From a virus (Duplodnaviria; Caudoviricetes), in IMG/VR virus record IMGVR_UViG_3300020045_007673, positions 1-59,716 of that record: DNA of 59,716 bases; one strand, 5' to 3'. The notes beneath the pieces are model-generated. The model was given only the letters and a program-made list of their open reading frames with translations. It did not search any database and was not told the DNA's origin. Every line of letters begins with the position of its first letter. Positions within the stretch are counted from its first letter, which is position 1. Position numbers and translations under genes: made by a program. Below are positions 30,386-39,363 of the stretch, one piece after another.

Positions 30386-30619
30386 TTATTCCCCCAGATC
30401 GCGTTCAGCGGCGGCAATAGCTTCGTCGATGAGGCGGAGACGCGCCCACTCAAGTATATCAACCGGGCAGTTAAAGCTATCAAGCTCCCAACCGCCTTCT
30501 GCGGGTTGCCCGCGGGTCGCGGCGCGATGTGGGGTATACCGCAGATAAATAATCACCGGCAATTCGTCCTGCTCATCAGAGCCGACGGTAGTTTCGTATT
30601 TGTAAAAACGTATTGGCAT
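30386..30619 (-). CDS. Hypothetical protein, first gene after a promoter repeat
   Basis: AAAGGA RBS supplied by the 103-bp repeat. Confidence 0.6.
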   Translation of the reverse strand: MPIRFYKYETTVGSDEQDELPVIIYLRYTPHRAATRGQPAEGGWELDSFNCPVDILEWARLRLIDEAIAAAERDLGE

Positions 30620-30721
30620 TTCGTTTCCTTTCAGTTATGCGTTATCGTGGAGTAACTTTACGCCCAAAATTGATAGTCCGCTAGTGGATATTTTTTGGAT
30701 TTTGATAGTTTTTGACTATTT
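30619..30721 (-). repeat. 103-bp exact direct repeat, copy 1 (promoter + operator + RBS cassette)
   Basis: Identical to 47892-47994 by manual alignment. Contains TAGCGG-N17-TAAAGT on the minus strand. Confidence 0.9.
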
Positions 30722-31201
30722 GAATTCAATTTCCCACAAGTACCGCGCAAGCAACAGGGCTTCGGCGCGATCATGGTGGCGTTTCAGGTGAAGTACCGCT
30801 TCGGGAAACAGCTTAGACGCCATCGCGCGAGACTGTTCTTTATCCGACGACAGCCCAAAATGCTTTTTCCATTTGGCGGGGGTAACATCCATGTGAGGTA
30901 TTATGCCAATCGAAAACACCGCACGCGCCGCGCCGAAACTATCCCCCAAACTGAACGTAGTTGATGCGGCTTGCCCCGGGCGGCTATTGACGCGCTCGAT
31001 GATGCCTTTCATCTGTTCCCCGGAGGATACGTGTTGATAGATGAACGCGCGAATCGACGCGGGATGTACTTCGTTCTTGACGCTGCCCGCGCCGCCCTTG
31101 GCGATTGTTGGCATATCCATCAAGGCGTGATACTGGCCATCTTTGAGGATTGCGATTGCGCCGGTTAATCCGGGATCGATACCTACGGTATAAATAGTCA
31201 T
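30716..31201 (-). CDS. ruvC: RuvC-like Holliday junction resolvase
   Basis: GIDPG..GA, IERV, F..G..FG, TP..WKK and HD.AEA.LLA motifs. Confidence 0.85.
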   Translation of the reverse strand: MTIYTVGIDPGLTGAIAILKDGQYHALMDMPTIAKGGAGSVKNEVHPASIRAFIYQHVSSGEQMKGIIERVNSRPGQAASTTFSLGDSFGAARAVFSIGIIPHMDVTPAKWKKHFGLSSDKEQSRAMASKLFPEAVLHLKRHHDRAEALLLARYLWEIEFK

Positions 31202-32046
31202 TTTCCGATTTCCGAATAGTGTTCGCAAGCTTTCAATTGGTCGTCCGGCGTGAGTTCCGTTTTCAGTAATCCGCACATCCAGATCCCGCCTTGAATGGCT
31301 TCGGCGTGTTCGCAAGACCGGCAGGTACGTAGCGGTTTAACGCCTTTCTTGCAGACGCCAGCATAATCGCACCAGCGGCATTCAAGGAAGGTATCGCTTT
31401 CGCTGATCCGGGCCGGGGGCATCGTGGCGCGGATTATGGTCTGGATTTTTTCATCCAGGCGCTGCGCTTCGGTCTCGTCATAAATGACGCGCTCGATGTA
31501 ATACTCTTCGTTGTCTTTGCAAAGCGCGACGTACAGCGCCCGGCGAATTCCCGCGTCGGAAAAATGCATGCCTGTTTGCATTTGGGCGAAATGAACCGGC
31601 TTGGCTCGCGCTACGCCGAACTTCTTGACTTCTTCAAATGACTTTTTGCTGTGCGTTTTGATTTCGAGCGTGTGGGGGGTTTTCTCTGCGCCGAAAACGC
31701 CCTTAATCACGCCGTCGAGCTTGGCGACGAAGTGCCCGGTAGAATCGTTATGCGTCCATTGCTCACCCGTCTCGGGGTCGATTTCCCACACTGCGAAGCC
31801 CGCGAGCTTGAGGTCTTTGACGATGCGATCTTCCTGCAAGTGCCCTGTACGGAAAAGCCGCATCATTCGCCCGTCGAACGGTTTATTTGCGTACCCGCGC
31901 CAACTGTACCAAATGGCGCGCAAACATTCCGCGCCAATGCCGGAAGCGCCTACCCGAGTCAGACGAAACGGTCTTGTTTCTTTGCGCTGTATCGCCGCGT
32001 AAATGTGGTCGATCATTTCAAAGCTATTATTGGGTATTTCAGCCAC
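31198..32046 (-). CDS. Cas4-like PD-(D/E)XK exonuclease
   Basis: GAS.IG..C.R..WY, LDG, LEIKT, H.AQ.Q, C.WC.Y...C and C.SC motifs. Confidence 0.8.
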   Translation of the reverse strand: MAEIPNNSFEMIDHIYAAIQRKETRPFRLTRVGASGIGAECLRAIWYSWRGYANKPFDGRMMRLFRTGHLQEDRIVKDLKLAGFAVWEIDPETGEQWTHNDSTGHFVAKLDGVIKGVFGAEKTPHTLEIKTHSKKSFEEVKKFGVARAKPVHFAQMQTGMHFSDAGIRRALYVALCKDNEEYYIERVIYDETEAQRLDEKIQTIIRATMPPARISESDTFLECRWCDYAGVCKKGVKPLRTCRSCEHAEAIQGGIWMCGLLKTELTPDDQLKACEHYSEIGK

Positions 32047-32176
32047 GTTTCGGCTCCTTTTTCATTTCTTTGAGGGCTTCGTCGCACGCCAAACACCGAC
32101 GCTTATACCGCAAGCCGTCCGGCGTCTTGGCGAACTTATCAGAGGCTTTGCTTTGCTGGCAGGTAGAACATTTCAC
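32039..32176 (-). CDS. Small Zn-binding protein (45 aa, GTG start, not in the ORF track)
   Basis: KCSTC...RCLAC. GGAGA RBS. Confidence 0.5.
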   Translation of the reverse strand: MKCSTCQQSKASDKFAKTPDGLRYKRRCLACDEALKEMKKEPKRG

Positions 32177-32187
32177 TGGATCATCTC

Positions 32188-32373
32188 CTATTCTGTGGAG
32201 CAACAGCTACCTTCAATTAGCCGGGTGTAGCTCGCACATGGCCGCAGGTGGAGTTCGACTAGCTCTTGCAACTCTGGCCCAAGCCCAGCAGCGGTTATTT
32301 CGGCAACAAGTTCCTTTGCCCGACGATTCAGAACTTCTTGAACGTCGCGGGTGTATTGCTCTGCGGGACTCAT
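32188..32373 (-). CDS. Hypothetical protein
   Basis: ATGA-coupled. Confidence 0.5.
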   Translation of the reverse strand: MSPAEQYTRDVQEVLNRRAKELVAEITAAGLGPELQELVELHLRPCASYTRLIEGSCCSTE

Positions 32374-32639
32374 TTCGAACGCACCTTTCTCGGCGTACGG
32401 TTTATTGTGCCATAACCATCGCCATTGCCGTTGCCGTAGCCGTCTCCGTCTCCGTCTCCGTAGCCGTAGCCGTAGCCGTCGCCGTAGCCGTAGCCGTAGC
32501 CGTAGCCGTAGCCGTCGCCGTAGCCGTAGCCGTCGCCGTAGCCGTAGCCGTAGCCGTAGCCATCGCCGTAGCCGTAGCCGTAGCCGTTGCCGTAGCCGTA
32601 GCCGACCGGCCTAAATGTGGCAGGCATCACACCCCCCAA
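32370..32639 (-). CDS. Gly-Tyr/Gly-Asp repeat protein
   Basis: (GY/GD)n run. Start probably at MPATF, overlapping the DUF6948 stop. Confidence 0.6.
   Translation of the reverse strand: MGGVMPATFRPVGYGYGNGYGYGYGDGYGYGYGYGDGYGYGDGYGYGYGYGYGDGYGYGYGDGDGDGYGNGNGDGYGTINRTPRKVRSK
32418..32604. repeat. Hexanucleotide tandem repeat (GCCGTA/GCCGTC)n
   Basis: About 30 hexamer units visible. Confidence 0.9.
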
Positions 32640-32938
32640 TCGTCCGGTACGGGTACACAGAAGATTTCAGCACCTTCTGGAATATCTACGTCCGCGATTT
32701 TGCGCAGGTCAGCTTTTTTGGTGTTTTCCAACATCCCGGCGAAGCCAACGGACTCCCATTTAAACACGTGCAGTGCCCTGGACAATTTCACACGGCCATT
32801 CTCGCGGGTAACATCTCCGGCGAAAATCCAGCCGCGATCAACGACCATTACTGCACGAGTTCCGCTTCGCGCAGCGGGGAGGCTGTCTTTGCGTACGTAT
32901 TCAACTTCATCGATTTTGATAACTTGAGGTTGGTTCAT
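32627..32938 (-). CDS. DUF6948-like protein
   Basis: IDEVEYVR and V.VVDRGWIFAG motifs. Typically paired with a GYG-repeat gene. Confidence 0.6.
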   Translation of the reverse strand: MNQPQVIKIDEVEYVRKDSLPAARSGTRAVMVVDRGWIFAGDVTRENGRVKLSRALHVFKWESVGFAGMLENTKKADLRKIADVDIPEGAEIFCVPVPDDWGV

Positions 32939-32964
32939 TTTTGTTTCCTTTCTACGTTAAAAGA

Positions 32965-33074
32965 CTTTGGTGAGGGGCGGCGAACCCTTTGGAAGAGCAA
33001 ACCTTCCGACGCTGAGGCCAATGGCAAAGCTATCTGGTGCGGCCCCTCGCCAAAGCCCCCTCGGAAGAGGGCTT
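32965..33074 (-). ncRNA. Putative structured intergenic RNA
   Basis: 14-bp closing stem 32965-32978/33042-33055, inner hairpin GGAAG/CTTCC, and adjacent hairpin 33053-33074. Confidence 0.4.
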
Positions 33075-33085
33075 AGGGTTAGGAT

Positions 33086-33607
33086 TCAATCATCCCAGGG
33101 TTTCTTTTTTCCGCTAGAAGGCGCGGTGGATTCTTGTTTCGCGGGTTCTTTTTCAGCCGGTGCAGAATCCGTTGCAGTTTTCTCCGCAGTGGGCGCAGAG
33201 GAAGCCGCGCCGTCCGGCATCAAAAAAGACGCGATCACGTTTTTGTCCCGATATTGGCCAGTCCCTTTCTCGACGCCGAGCTTGCACCAAAACGCCTTTT
33301 CAAGCAATTCGTCGGTGTTCTTGGCGTTCGGCTTTCCACAAGCCCGCGCCCAGCCCGCCACCATGCGACGGCCAAAATTTTGCGCCTTTTCGCTCTTGTT
33401 CACGGTATTGAAATTGTTCCAAACCTTGCGGTTTTTGTATTCCGCCGGTTCGACGATCACGAAAGTCGCCGCGATCATCTCACCACCGCTGGACGTTTCC
33501 TTGTCCTCGGCTTCGGTTGCTTTCATCTTGACTTCCGTACCTTCGGGGATAACTTCGAAGTCTGTCGGGCTGTCATAATCGTCATGCGACCAGTCAAATC
33601 GTGCCAT
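33086..33607 (-). CDS. DUF669 family single-stranded DNA-binding protein
   Basis: FEVIPEG, Y.NRKVW, and a flexible tail ending KKPWDD. Next to the Sak4-like gene. Confidence 0.75.
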   Translation of the reverse strand: MARFDWSHDDYDSPTDFEVIPEGTEVKMKATEAEDKETSSGGEMIAATFVIVEPAEYKNRKVWNNFNTVNKSEKAQNFGRRMVAGWARACGKPNAKNTDELLEKAFWCKLGVEKGTGQYRDKNVIASFLMPDGAASSAPTAEKTATDSAPAEKEPAKQESTAPSSGKKKPWDD

Positions 33608-33640
33608 GTTTTGTTTCCTTTCGTTTGTTAAGATTAAGGG

Positions 33641-33976
33641 TTACTTCGTCACCATGTCCCGGCAGGACTGCCGCATCGCCGCCAGTTCCATGTTCAAGCG
33701 GCTGCGCTACTTCGGGTCTTGCTCGGCCTTCACCAGCCCGGCATGCGCCACAATTTGGCCGCGCCGGGCTTCCCATTGCGCGTTCGTGTCGTAGAACCAT
33801 TCGTAGCTGTTCAGCACGTTGTCGGCGTTCAGCGTCTTATCCACCACCGCACCAGCCGCATTCACGGCGGTATGCGCCACCTTCGCGGGGGATAACGCCA
33901 CCTTGAGGCCAAGAACCGCCAGCGAAAAACCAACCAGCGCCAGTACCGTCAATCCGTACCACTTCGCGTATTTCAC
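33641..33976 (-). pseudogene. Membrane-anchored protein interrupted by in-frame TAG
   Basis: ...AEQDPK*RSRLNMELAAMRQSCRDMVTK*. TAG at 33709-33707. Confidence 0.6.
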
Positions 33977-33998
33977 TTGTTTCTCCTTGTTGAAAAAG

Positions 33999-34736
33999 TT
34001 AGTTTGCTACCGGAACCAGTTTTGCGAATTCCGCGTAATTCATTTCCATCTCGTCGGGGAGCGCGTACCGGTTCTTCGCGACGAAGGCGGGTTGCTCTAC
34101 GAAATGTAACAGCCGTTCGCCGGTAGTAATACCGCGAGCCTTTTGCTGGTTGAATCCCGCGTCCGACTTCTTGATCAGAACTTTGTACCCCGCGAATGCC
34201 ATAATATCAACCCACTCGGCCAAGATACCGTTACAGCGATTCGGTAACTTGGGGCGGAATTGATCGTATGGCTCCGTACGGGGGTCATCAAAGCGAATCA
34301 CCGCCGAATGAGCGATCAGTACCGCATTCATGCCGCGCTTCTTGCGCAGCACATCAAGCCCTTGCAGGATTTCGCGGAAGGCTTCGGCAACGTACATTTG
34401 CCCCTTGCCGTAGGCTTGGGCTTTTTCATCGAACTTGGAATCGATATCCGAAACGATTAACGGTTCAACCAACCAATCGACGGAATCAACGACCACGGTT
34501 TTAAAGTCGTGATCTTCCTTGATTAGCGTCTTGATTGACTTTTCCACGTCTGCCAACGATTCGGCGCGAGGGAACGAGGTGACGTCCATCGACGATAGAC
34601 CATCCTCAGTACTGATGAATATCGGCTTGGGGAATTGCGAGGCAAACGTGCTCTTGCCTACCCCATGAACCCCATACACGCAAACGCGCGGCGGTAGTTC
34701 CTGTTTACCAACCACTAGCGAATCTTTCCAACTCAT
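33999..34736 (-). CDS. Sak4-like AAA ATPase (ssDNA annealing protein)
   Basis: YG.HGVGKST Walker A, TVVVDSVDW, LIAHS and AKNRY motifs. Confidence 0.8.
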   Translation of the reverse strand: MSWKDSLVVGKQELPPRVCVYGVHGVGKSTFASQFPKPIFISTEDGLSSMDVTSFPRAESLADVEKSIKTLIKEDHDFKTVVVDSVDWLVEPLIVSDIDSKFDEKAQAYGKGQMYVAEAFREILQGLDVLRKKRGMNAVLIAHSAVIRFDDPRTEPYDQFRPKLPNRCNGILAEWVDIMAFAGYKVLIKKSDAGFNQQKARGITTGERLLHFVEQPAFVAKNRYALPDEMEMNYAEFAKLVPVAN

Positions 34737-34803
34737 TTGAATCTCCTTTCAAGTTATAAAGTACAAGCTATGCGGCTAGTATAGCCTGTTTTGCTACGAA
34801 AAA

Positions 34804-35115
34804 CTATTCGCTCCAACCAAAATCTAGTTCGAGCGGTTCGTACTTGAAAGCCTCACGGTTCCAGCGAAGAATATTCACCTTTTCGACGAATTCAGACATA
34901 ATCGCCGTACAAATCCCGCACAACGTAGGATCACCCACCACGAGAAGGTAATCGCCGTCCTTGGCTTGTGATAGTACGTGGCGGGCGTATTCGATGAGCG
35001 CCGGGCCGTTGTAGTTGCGCCCCATTGACGAATACACGTCCTTCAATTCGCCAAACTCTTCTGCGCGTGAAAAATCCTTGCGCCGATCATTGAATACGAT
35101 CCAAACGTTTGTCAT
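34804..35115 (-). CDS. Conserved hypothetical protein downstream of the DNA polymerase
   Basis: DFSRAEEFGEL, DYLLVVGDP and LRWNR...Y motifs. ATGA-coupled. Confidence 0.65.
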   Translation of the reverse strand: MTNVWIVFNDRRKDFSRAEEFGELKDVYSSMGRNYNGPALIEYARHVLSQAKDGDYLLVVGDPTLCGICTAIMSEFVEKVNILRWNREAFKYEPLELDFGWSE

Positions 35116-37001
35116 TTTGTTTTCCTTGGTTTGCGAACTTTCGGGGGAGGCGTTACCAAGGCGATTTCTTCGTCGGTGAGGTATTCTTTGCACCCCAAAT
35201 TAATCGCTATGTTTATCGCTTCATTATGGTACCAATTATAATGCAAATCGGTCGGAAAAGCTATCGGTAAAACCATACATTCTTTCCCGCCGTCTGTCTT
35301 TGCTACTTTGTCCCCTTCTTTCTTACCTGGCCCGTAAACAATCGGCGCGAGATTCTGTTCAGTTGATTGATACCAGCGGACTACCCGTCCCAGGTGATTC
35401 TCCCCCTGAAACCCTCCCCCGGTGACCCCGCGAACAGAAATAAATTCTTTGAACGGCGCGGCGCGAATGGTATCCATAAAGGGAACGCCATCGCGGAGCC
35501 AGCAAGCTACTGCTTTAGCACAAACCGGTGCGGTGGGGTTTTTGGACAGATTCTCTTTGTAGATTATCTTGCCGGTCTTGTCGGTATCAACTACCGCGTA
35601 GATACCTTTTGACTTTATCTTTCCGTCTTTCGTAATCGCGAGATAATTATTGACGTCCTTCATCGCCAACGTTTTGTAGTGAGTGTACTCGAACGAAAAC
35701 CCACTTATTTTAGAAAACTCGGATACAACCCTTTCCACGTCATTGAAAATTTCTTTACGCGCTCCGATAGCGATACCGTCGGTGTTGGCTGAAAGAGAGC
35801 ATGCTCCGATACTCTCCAATCGCTCCATAAGGGTAAGCAAGGTAAGCTGACCAGTGAGGGTGACGGCAAGTCCGAGGTCGGGGGAGTAAAGCGCAGACCA
35901 CCGTTCCATGAGCTTTCCGAAGGTGCCGTTGAGCGAGATTTTAAGTACCGCATCCGTGGCTTTATCGCCATTTTTCTTTGCCTCAAGCCGACGAAAGTAG
36001 ATGCGCTTATACTCCTCGATGAAACGTTCCCCAATGTTCTTGGGAATAAGATTGAGATTGAGGATGATGGACGGATAGTACGACGCCGCATCAATATCAA
36101 AGATAAAATATTCTTTTGTCGCGACATGGCAAACCTTTTTGTCGTGTTTTGAATGAATACCGCCGACGCCCAGCTGATATTCCCCGGCGTTCAATTTTAC
36201 AGGTTGCTTTTCCAGGAACTCCGGCAAAATGACGTGGCCGGTTTTTTGGTTCATCAAGTATTCTTGATCTACGATTCTCTGCGTCAGCTCGACTAGGTGA
36301 GGGGTAGAAAATTGAATATACTCCGGCAATTTGTAATAAATGGAGTACGGAACCTTGGTACTGCCTTTTTTCAATCCCAGTCGAACCATAAACGCAGCTT
36401 CGGCCATTTGGGTGTCGGATTTGCTACGCATATCGACGCTATATTCCAGACTCATGTCTCGCCGTAAATCGAGCGCACCCTTCAAGCGGTCGTACAGTTC
36501 CTCCGTGGTGTTGAGGTCGTTTTCGCAATACTGATCTACTTCGGCAAACTGCTCTTCGGTCAAGCTATCGATGTCGTGCGCGTAAGGCAAATCCTTCAAC
36601 CAGGGCATATGCATACGTGCGCCGTATGCTTTGAGACTGACGAATCCCGGCGTTACTTCCATGAGGTCGATGTGATCCCATTTCAGTTCGACGAGGCCAT
36701 ACCTCCGACGAATTTCCCAACGGCTGATGGAATCTTGTATCAACGCGTTGGCGATTTGCTTTACTTTTTCGTAAGGCAGCCCGGCTAGTACCGCCGAGAT
36801 AACTACTTCATCGAACTTGATTCCGTTGTACGACACAAAGGTGCATCCTGATTCGACAACTTCCCGTAGCCGGGGCAAGGCTTCCGGTTCGTCGCCCCAT
36901 ATCGTGATTACGTTGCGGTTTTCTTTGACACGCCCCTTGAAGAGAAAACGGCCACCTAGTAATTCTACGTCAAATATTATTGTCTTTTTCAAAGTTACCA
37001 C
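35112..37001 (-). CDS. Family B-like phage DNA polymerase with 3'-5' exonuclease
   Basis: Exonuclease motifs FDVE, YNG..FD and YCEND. Polymerase motifs DAASYYPS, KISLNGTFGK and NTDG. Confidence 0.85.
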   Translation of the reverse strand: MVTLKKTIIFDVELLGGRFLFKGRVKENRNVITIWGDEPEALPRLREVVESGCTFVSYNGIKFDEVVISAVLAGLPYEKVKQIANALIQDSISRWEIRRRYGLVELKWDHIDLMEVTPGFVSLKAYGARMHMPWLKDLPYAHDIDSLTEEQFAEVDQYCENDLNTTEELYDRLKGALDLRRDMSLEYSVDMRSKSDTQMAEAAFMVRLGLKKGSTKVPYSIYYKLPEYIQFSTPHLVELTQRIVDQEYLMNQKTGHVILPEFLEKQPVKLNAGEYQLGVGGIHSKHDKKVCHVATKEYFIFDIDAASYYPSIILNLNLIPKNIGERFIEEYKRIYFRRLEAKKNGDKATDAVLKISLNGTFGKLMERWSALYSPDLGLAVTLTGQLTLLTLMERLESIGACSLSANTDGIAIGARKEIFNDVERVVSEFSKISGFSFEYTHYKTLAMKDVNNYLAITKDGKIKSKGIYAVVDTDKTGKIIYKENLSKNPTAPVCAKAVACWLRDGVPFMDTIRAAPFKEFISVRGVTGGGFQGENHLGRVVRWYQSTEQNLAPIVYGPGKKEGDKVAKTDGGKECMVLPIAFPTDLHYNWYHNEAINIAINLGCKEYLTDEEIALVTPPPKVRKPRKTK

Positions 37002-37234
37002 CCCCGTGGGTGGAACAAACTATTAACAAAAATTCTATGCGCTTTCCTTTGCGGCGCGTCGTAGCGCTCATTTCTATCGTCGGTTTCTGGCGCGAGTTCG
37101 GATAGTTTGTCCGCTTCTAGTAGATTAGCCGCAACTTCGTCATCGTTTCTGACGACTTGGTTTTCTAATCGGCGAAACTCCCGTACGCATGCGAGCAGTC
37201 GAATTTCTAAATCAGTCATTGGTATTTTTGACAT
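36995..37234 (-). CDS. Hypothetical protein
   Basis: Fills the operon gap. Confidence 0.5.
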   Translation of the reverse strand: MSKIPMTDLEIRLLACVREFRRLENQVVRNDDEVAANLLEADKLSELAPETDDRNERYDAPQRKAHRIFVNSLFHPRGW

Positions 37235-37235
37235 A

Positions 37236-37535
37236 CTACCGATCCTGATTGACGTAACCTGATCCGGCGTCGCACTCTTCGACCTTGATCGCTATACTTT
37301 TCTTACCTAGTCGTTCCAATTTCAATTGCTCTACTTTTTTCTGAAGATAATGAATGGACTTTTCGATATCTTCAATCTTCTTGTCCTCATCTCCCTTACG
37401 CCCTAGTCGCCATAGATATTTAGTGGCTGCGGCAACAAGGTAACACCAGTTCAATTCATAAACAACGTCCCAGTGATCAGGTAAGTTTGGATTTTTGTAA
37501 TGTTCCCCTCCGATTTGCTTGTCATTTGCTTTCAT
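37236..37535 (-). CDS. DUF3310 (nucleotide-modification-associated) protein
   Basis: QIGGEHYK and KYLWR...K...EDIEKS.HYL motifs. Confidence 0.75.
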   Translation of the reverse strand: MKANDKQIGGEHYKNPNLPDHWDVVYELNWCYLVAAATKYLWRLGRKGDEDKKIEDIEKSIHYLQKKVEQLKLERLGKKSIAIKVEECDAGSGYVNQDR

Positions 37536-38016
37536 TATGTAACTCCCAAATTGCGTTACAGACTTCGCGTTCTTTACCAACGAGGATCAAATCCTCGGCG
37601 TAACCGGCGTACCGTTCAGCGACGATTTGCATACGTTGGTTGCCGAGGCGCACTTCAGACAACGAGAAACTCAAGCCTTGAAATATGTCGGCCAATTTCA
37701 ACGCTCTCTTTTCGTCTCCGGTAATCTCTACGTCAAACTTAACGGTAGAGAGTAACCGTGATTCCAATTCATTTACCTGTTCGCCGATACCGTATGCCTT
37801 TTTACTAGGCGAGGGTAAATCCCCCGTTACGTGCTCGGCCAGGTCGTGAAACGCGGCGGCTTGCAAAATCGAGCTAGAATGATAGCCAAGTAGAATACAG
37901 AACATTATCACCCCGTGGGAGTGATGCCCTACGCTTTCGCTTTGAATGGTACGTACAGTGTGATACCGCGATACTTCGCTGCCGTCTTGATAGAATTTGA
38001 TTTGTTGTTTGATCAT
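37522..38016 (-). CDS. HD-domain 5'-deoxynucleotidase (YfbR/DatZ-like)
   Basis: RYH...ESV.HHS, FHDLAE..TGD.PSP.K and KLAD motifs. Confidence 0.8.
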   Translation of the reverse strand: MIKQQIKFYQDGSEVSRYHTVRTIQSESVGHHSHGVIMFCILLGYHSSSILQAAAFHDLAEHVTGDLPSPSKKAYGIGEQVNELESRLLSTVKFDVEITGDEKRALKLADIFQGLSFSLSEVRLGNQRMQIVAERYAGYAEDLILVGKEREVCNAIWELHNESK

Positions 38017-38141
38017 TTCTTCGCCTTAAAAAAGATCATCGCAATTAGCATACCGAAAATTACCCAAAAAGTTACGGACGTTACCGCCCAAAAAACATAC
38101 CACCAAAATCCAACAATCGGTTGCACCATAAAGTCCATCAT
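38013..38141 (-). CDS. Small membrane protein (42 aa, not in the ORF track)
   Basis: MMDFMVQPIVGFWWYVFW...FFKAKK. ATGA overlaps at both ends. Confidence 0.55.
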   Translation of the reverse strand: MMDFMVQPIVGFWWYVFWAVTSVTFWVIFGMLIAMIFFKAKK

Positions 38142-39118
38142 TTCTTCGCCTCCTCGCGGCGCTGTATCCATTCCAATGTTGCGATTCTCCAATCATCGGC
38201 GGCAATTTGGTTTGCCCAAAAAATGCCGTCGCCGGTTTTGTCTTTGCGCGACTTAGACGCCATCGCCATCGGATACGCGATGTCCTTGAAAAAACTATCG
38301 AGCCAGGGAGAAAAACTGAACGGGTTTTCGCAGTAGTATTCCGCTTCCAACAACCACTTTTTCCAATTCGTATTCGGAGACATAAGCGGCGACGGCTTTA
38401 CCCCGTGAAGGTACGCATCGTAACTCTCAGGGCTTGGAGGATTATCCAAGTGTTTCACGGCGTCGCACAGCTTCGTATAGAGATGAAGATTGTGACTGAA
38501 TTGACGATATACCCCCAATGGAACTCCGACGGCGCTCGCGACAAATTCCTGCAGAACGCTGAAATGAACCGCGTTACTTCCGTAAGCGCCGTACCATAAA
38601 TCGTTAGAACGATTCAATACCGTCATATTGAGCCGGTCGGCGCGTATCTCGAAAAACACCTGAGTATTACACGCCTTGTCCTTTGTGGCTTTGCCGAGGT
38701 CGGACGGTTCCCATATCTGCATAACCGCTTGCCGCGTGTTACGATCTTTCGTCAGGACTTCGATTACCCGCTCCAGTTGGTCATACCCGAAATGTTTGCG
38801 CCAGCGATAGCCGTAGGCTGCGTTGAAATTCTTGCCGTCGTCGGAGTATTGTCCGAAACGAGAATTGAACATTTGCGGAAACGCGACATCGCGGCGACCG
38901 GCGAGCATCCACACGCTTTCGAGTAAATGAAACACGGGGTTGCAATCTCGTTTGTCCCAGAATAGAACGCGCTCCTGAGGACGCTCGTAGGTCGTCATAA
39001 CTGGCTCTGGAAAAGCGATTACCGGCCCGTTACGTGAGCTTTCTTCGCGCCCCATGACCTTTAATTTCCAGAGAGCTTCGCTGAGCGCGGAATTTACGTT
39101 TCGTGTGGCGATTTCCAT
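38138..39118 (-). CDS. Thymidylate synthase-fold dUMP hydroxymethylase
   Basis: AYGYRWR, RQAV, catalytic DKAC, NRSNDLWYG...N (Asn typical of dUMP specificity) and NLHLY. Confidence 0.8.
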   Translation of the reverse strand: MEIATRNVNSALSEALWKLKVMGREESSRNGPVIAFPEPVMTTYERPQERVLFWDKRDCNPVFHLLESVWMLAGRRDVAFPQMFNSRFGQYSDDGKNFNAAYGYRWRKHFGYDQLERVIEVLTKDRNTRQAVMQIWEPSDLGKATKDKACNTQVFFEIRADRLNMTVLNRSNDLWYGAYGSNAVHFSVLQEFVASAVGVPLGVYRQFSHNLHLYTKLCDAVKHLDNPPSPESYDAYLHGVKPSPLMSPNTNWKKWLLEAEYYCENPFSFSPWLDSFFKDIAYPMAMASKSRKDKTGDGIFWANQIAADDWRIATLEWIQRREEAKK

Positions 39119-39285
39119 TACAGCGTTACCTCTTTTCCGTTCAAAATGTAGCGAGCCGGGACGTGACGGTTCCTTTGTGAAAACTCCAGCACGTACTGTT
39201 CGGTCGTCATAAACTTTCCCTTTTTAGGTATCTGATAAGAAAGTTTTCTGAGTAGCTGCGCGGGACTCGGTTTGCGTTTTGCCAA
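39118..39285 (-). CDS. Small basic hypothetical protein (55 aa, TTG start)
   Basis: AGGAG RBS. Its TAA overlaps the ATG of the TS-fold gene. Confidence 0.45.
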   Translation of the reverse strand: MAKRKPSPAQLLRKLSYQIPKKGKFMTTEQYVLEFSQRNRHVPARYILNGKEVTL

Positions 39286-39363
39286 GGTAATCTCCTAAAA
39301 AGCGGTTTCGGGTTTGTATTTACCTCTACCTTTGATAAATCCTTCTGCTGGGCATTCGTAGTC

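Noticed and set aside
31887-32927. Plus-strand ORFs with VAVAVA or RSRSRS runs
   Set aside because: Alternative frames of the hexamer repeat, antisense to the operon.
32965-33055. Canonical tRNA gene
   Set aside because: No proper D arm or anticodon arm; kept only as a structured RNA candidate.
37522-38016. Z-genome (2-aminoadenine) system suggested by the DatZ-like HD gene
   Set aside because: No PurZ (adenylosuccinate synthetase-like) gene is present, and the neighbours point to 5-hmdU chemistry.
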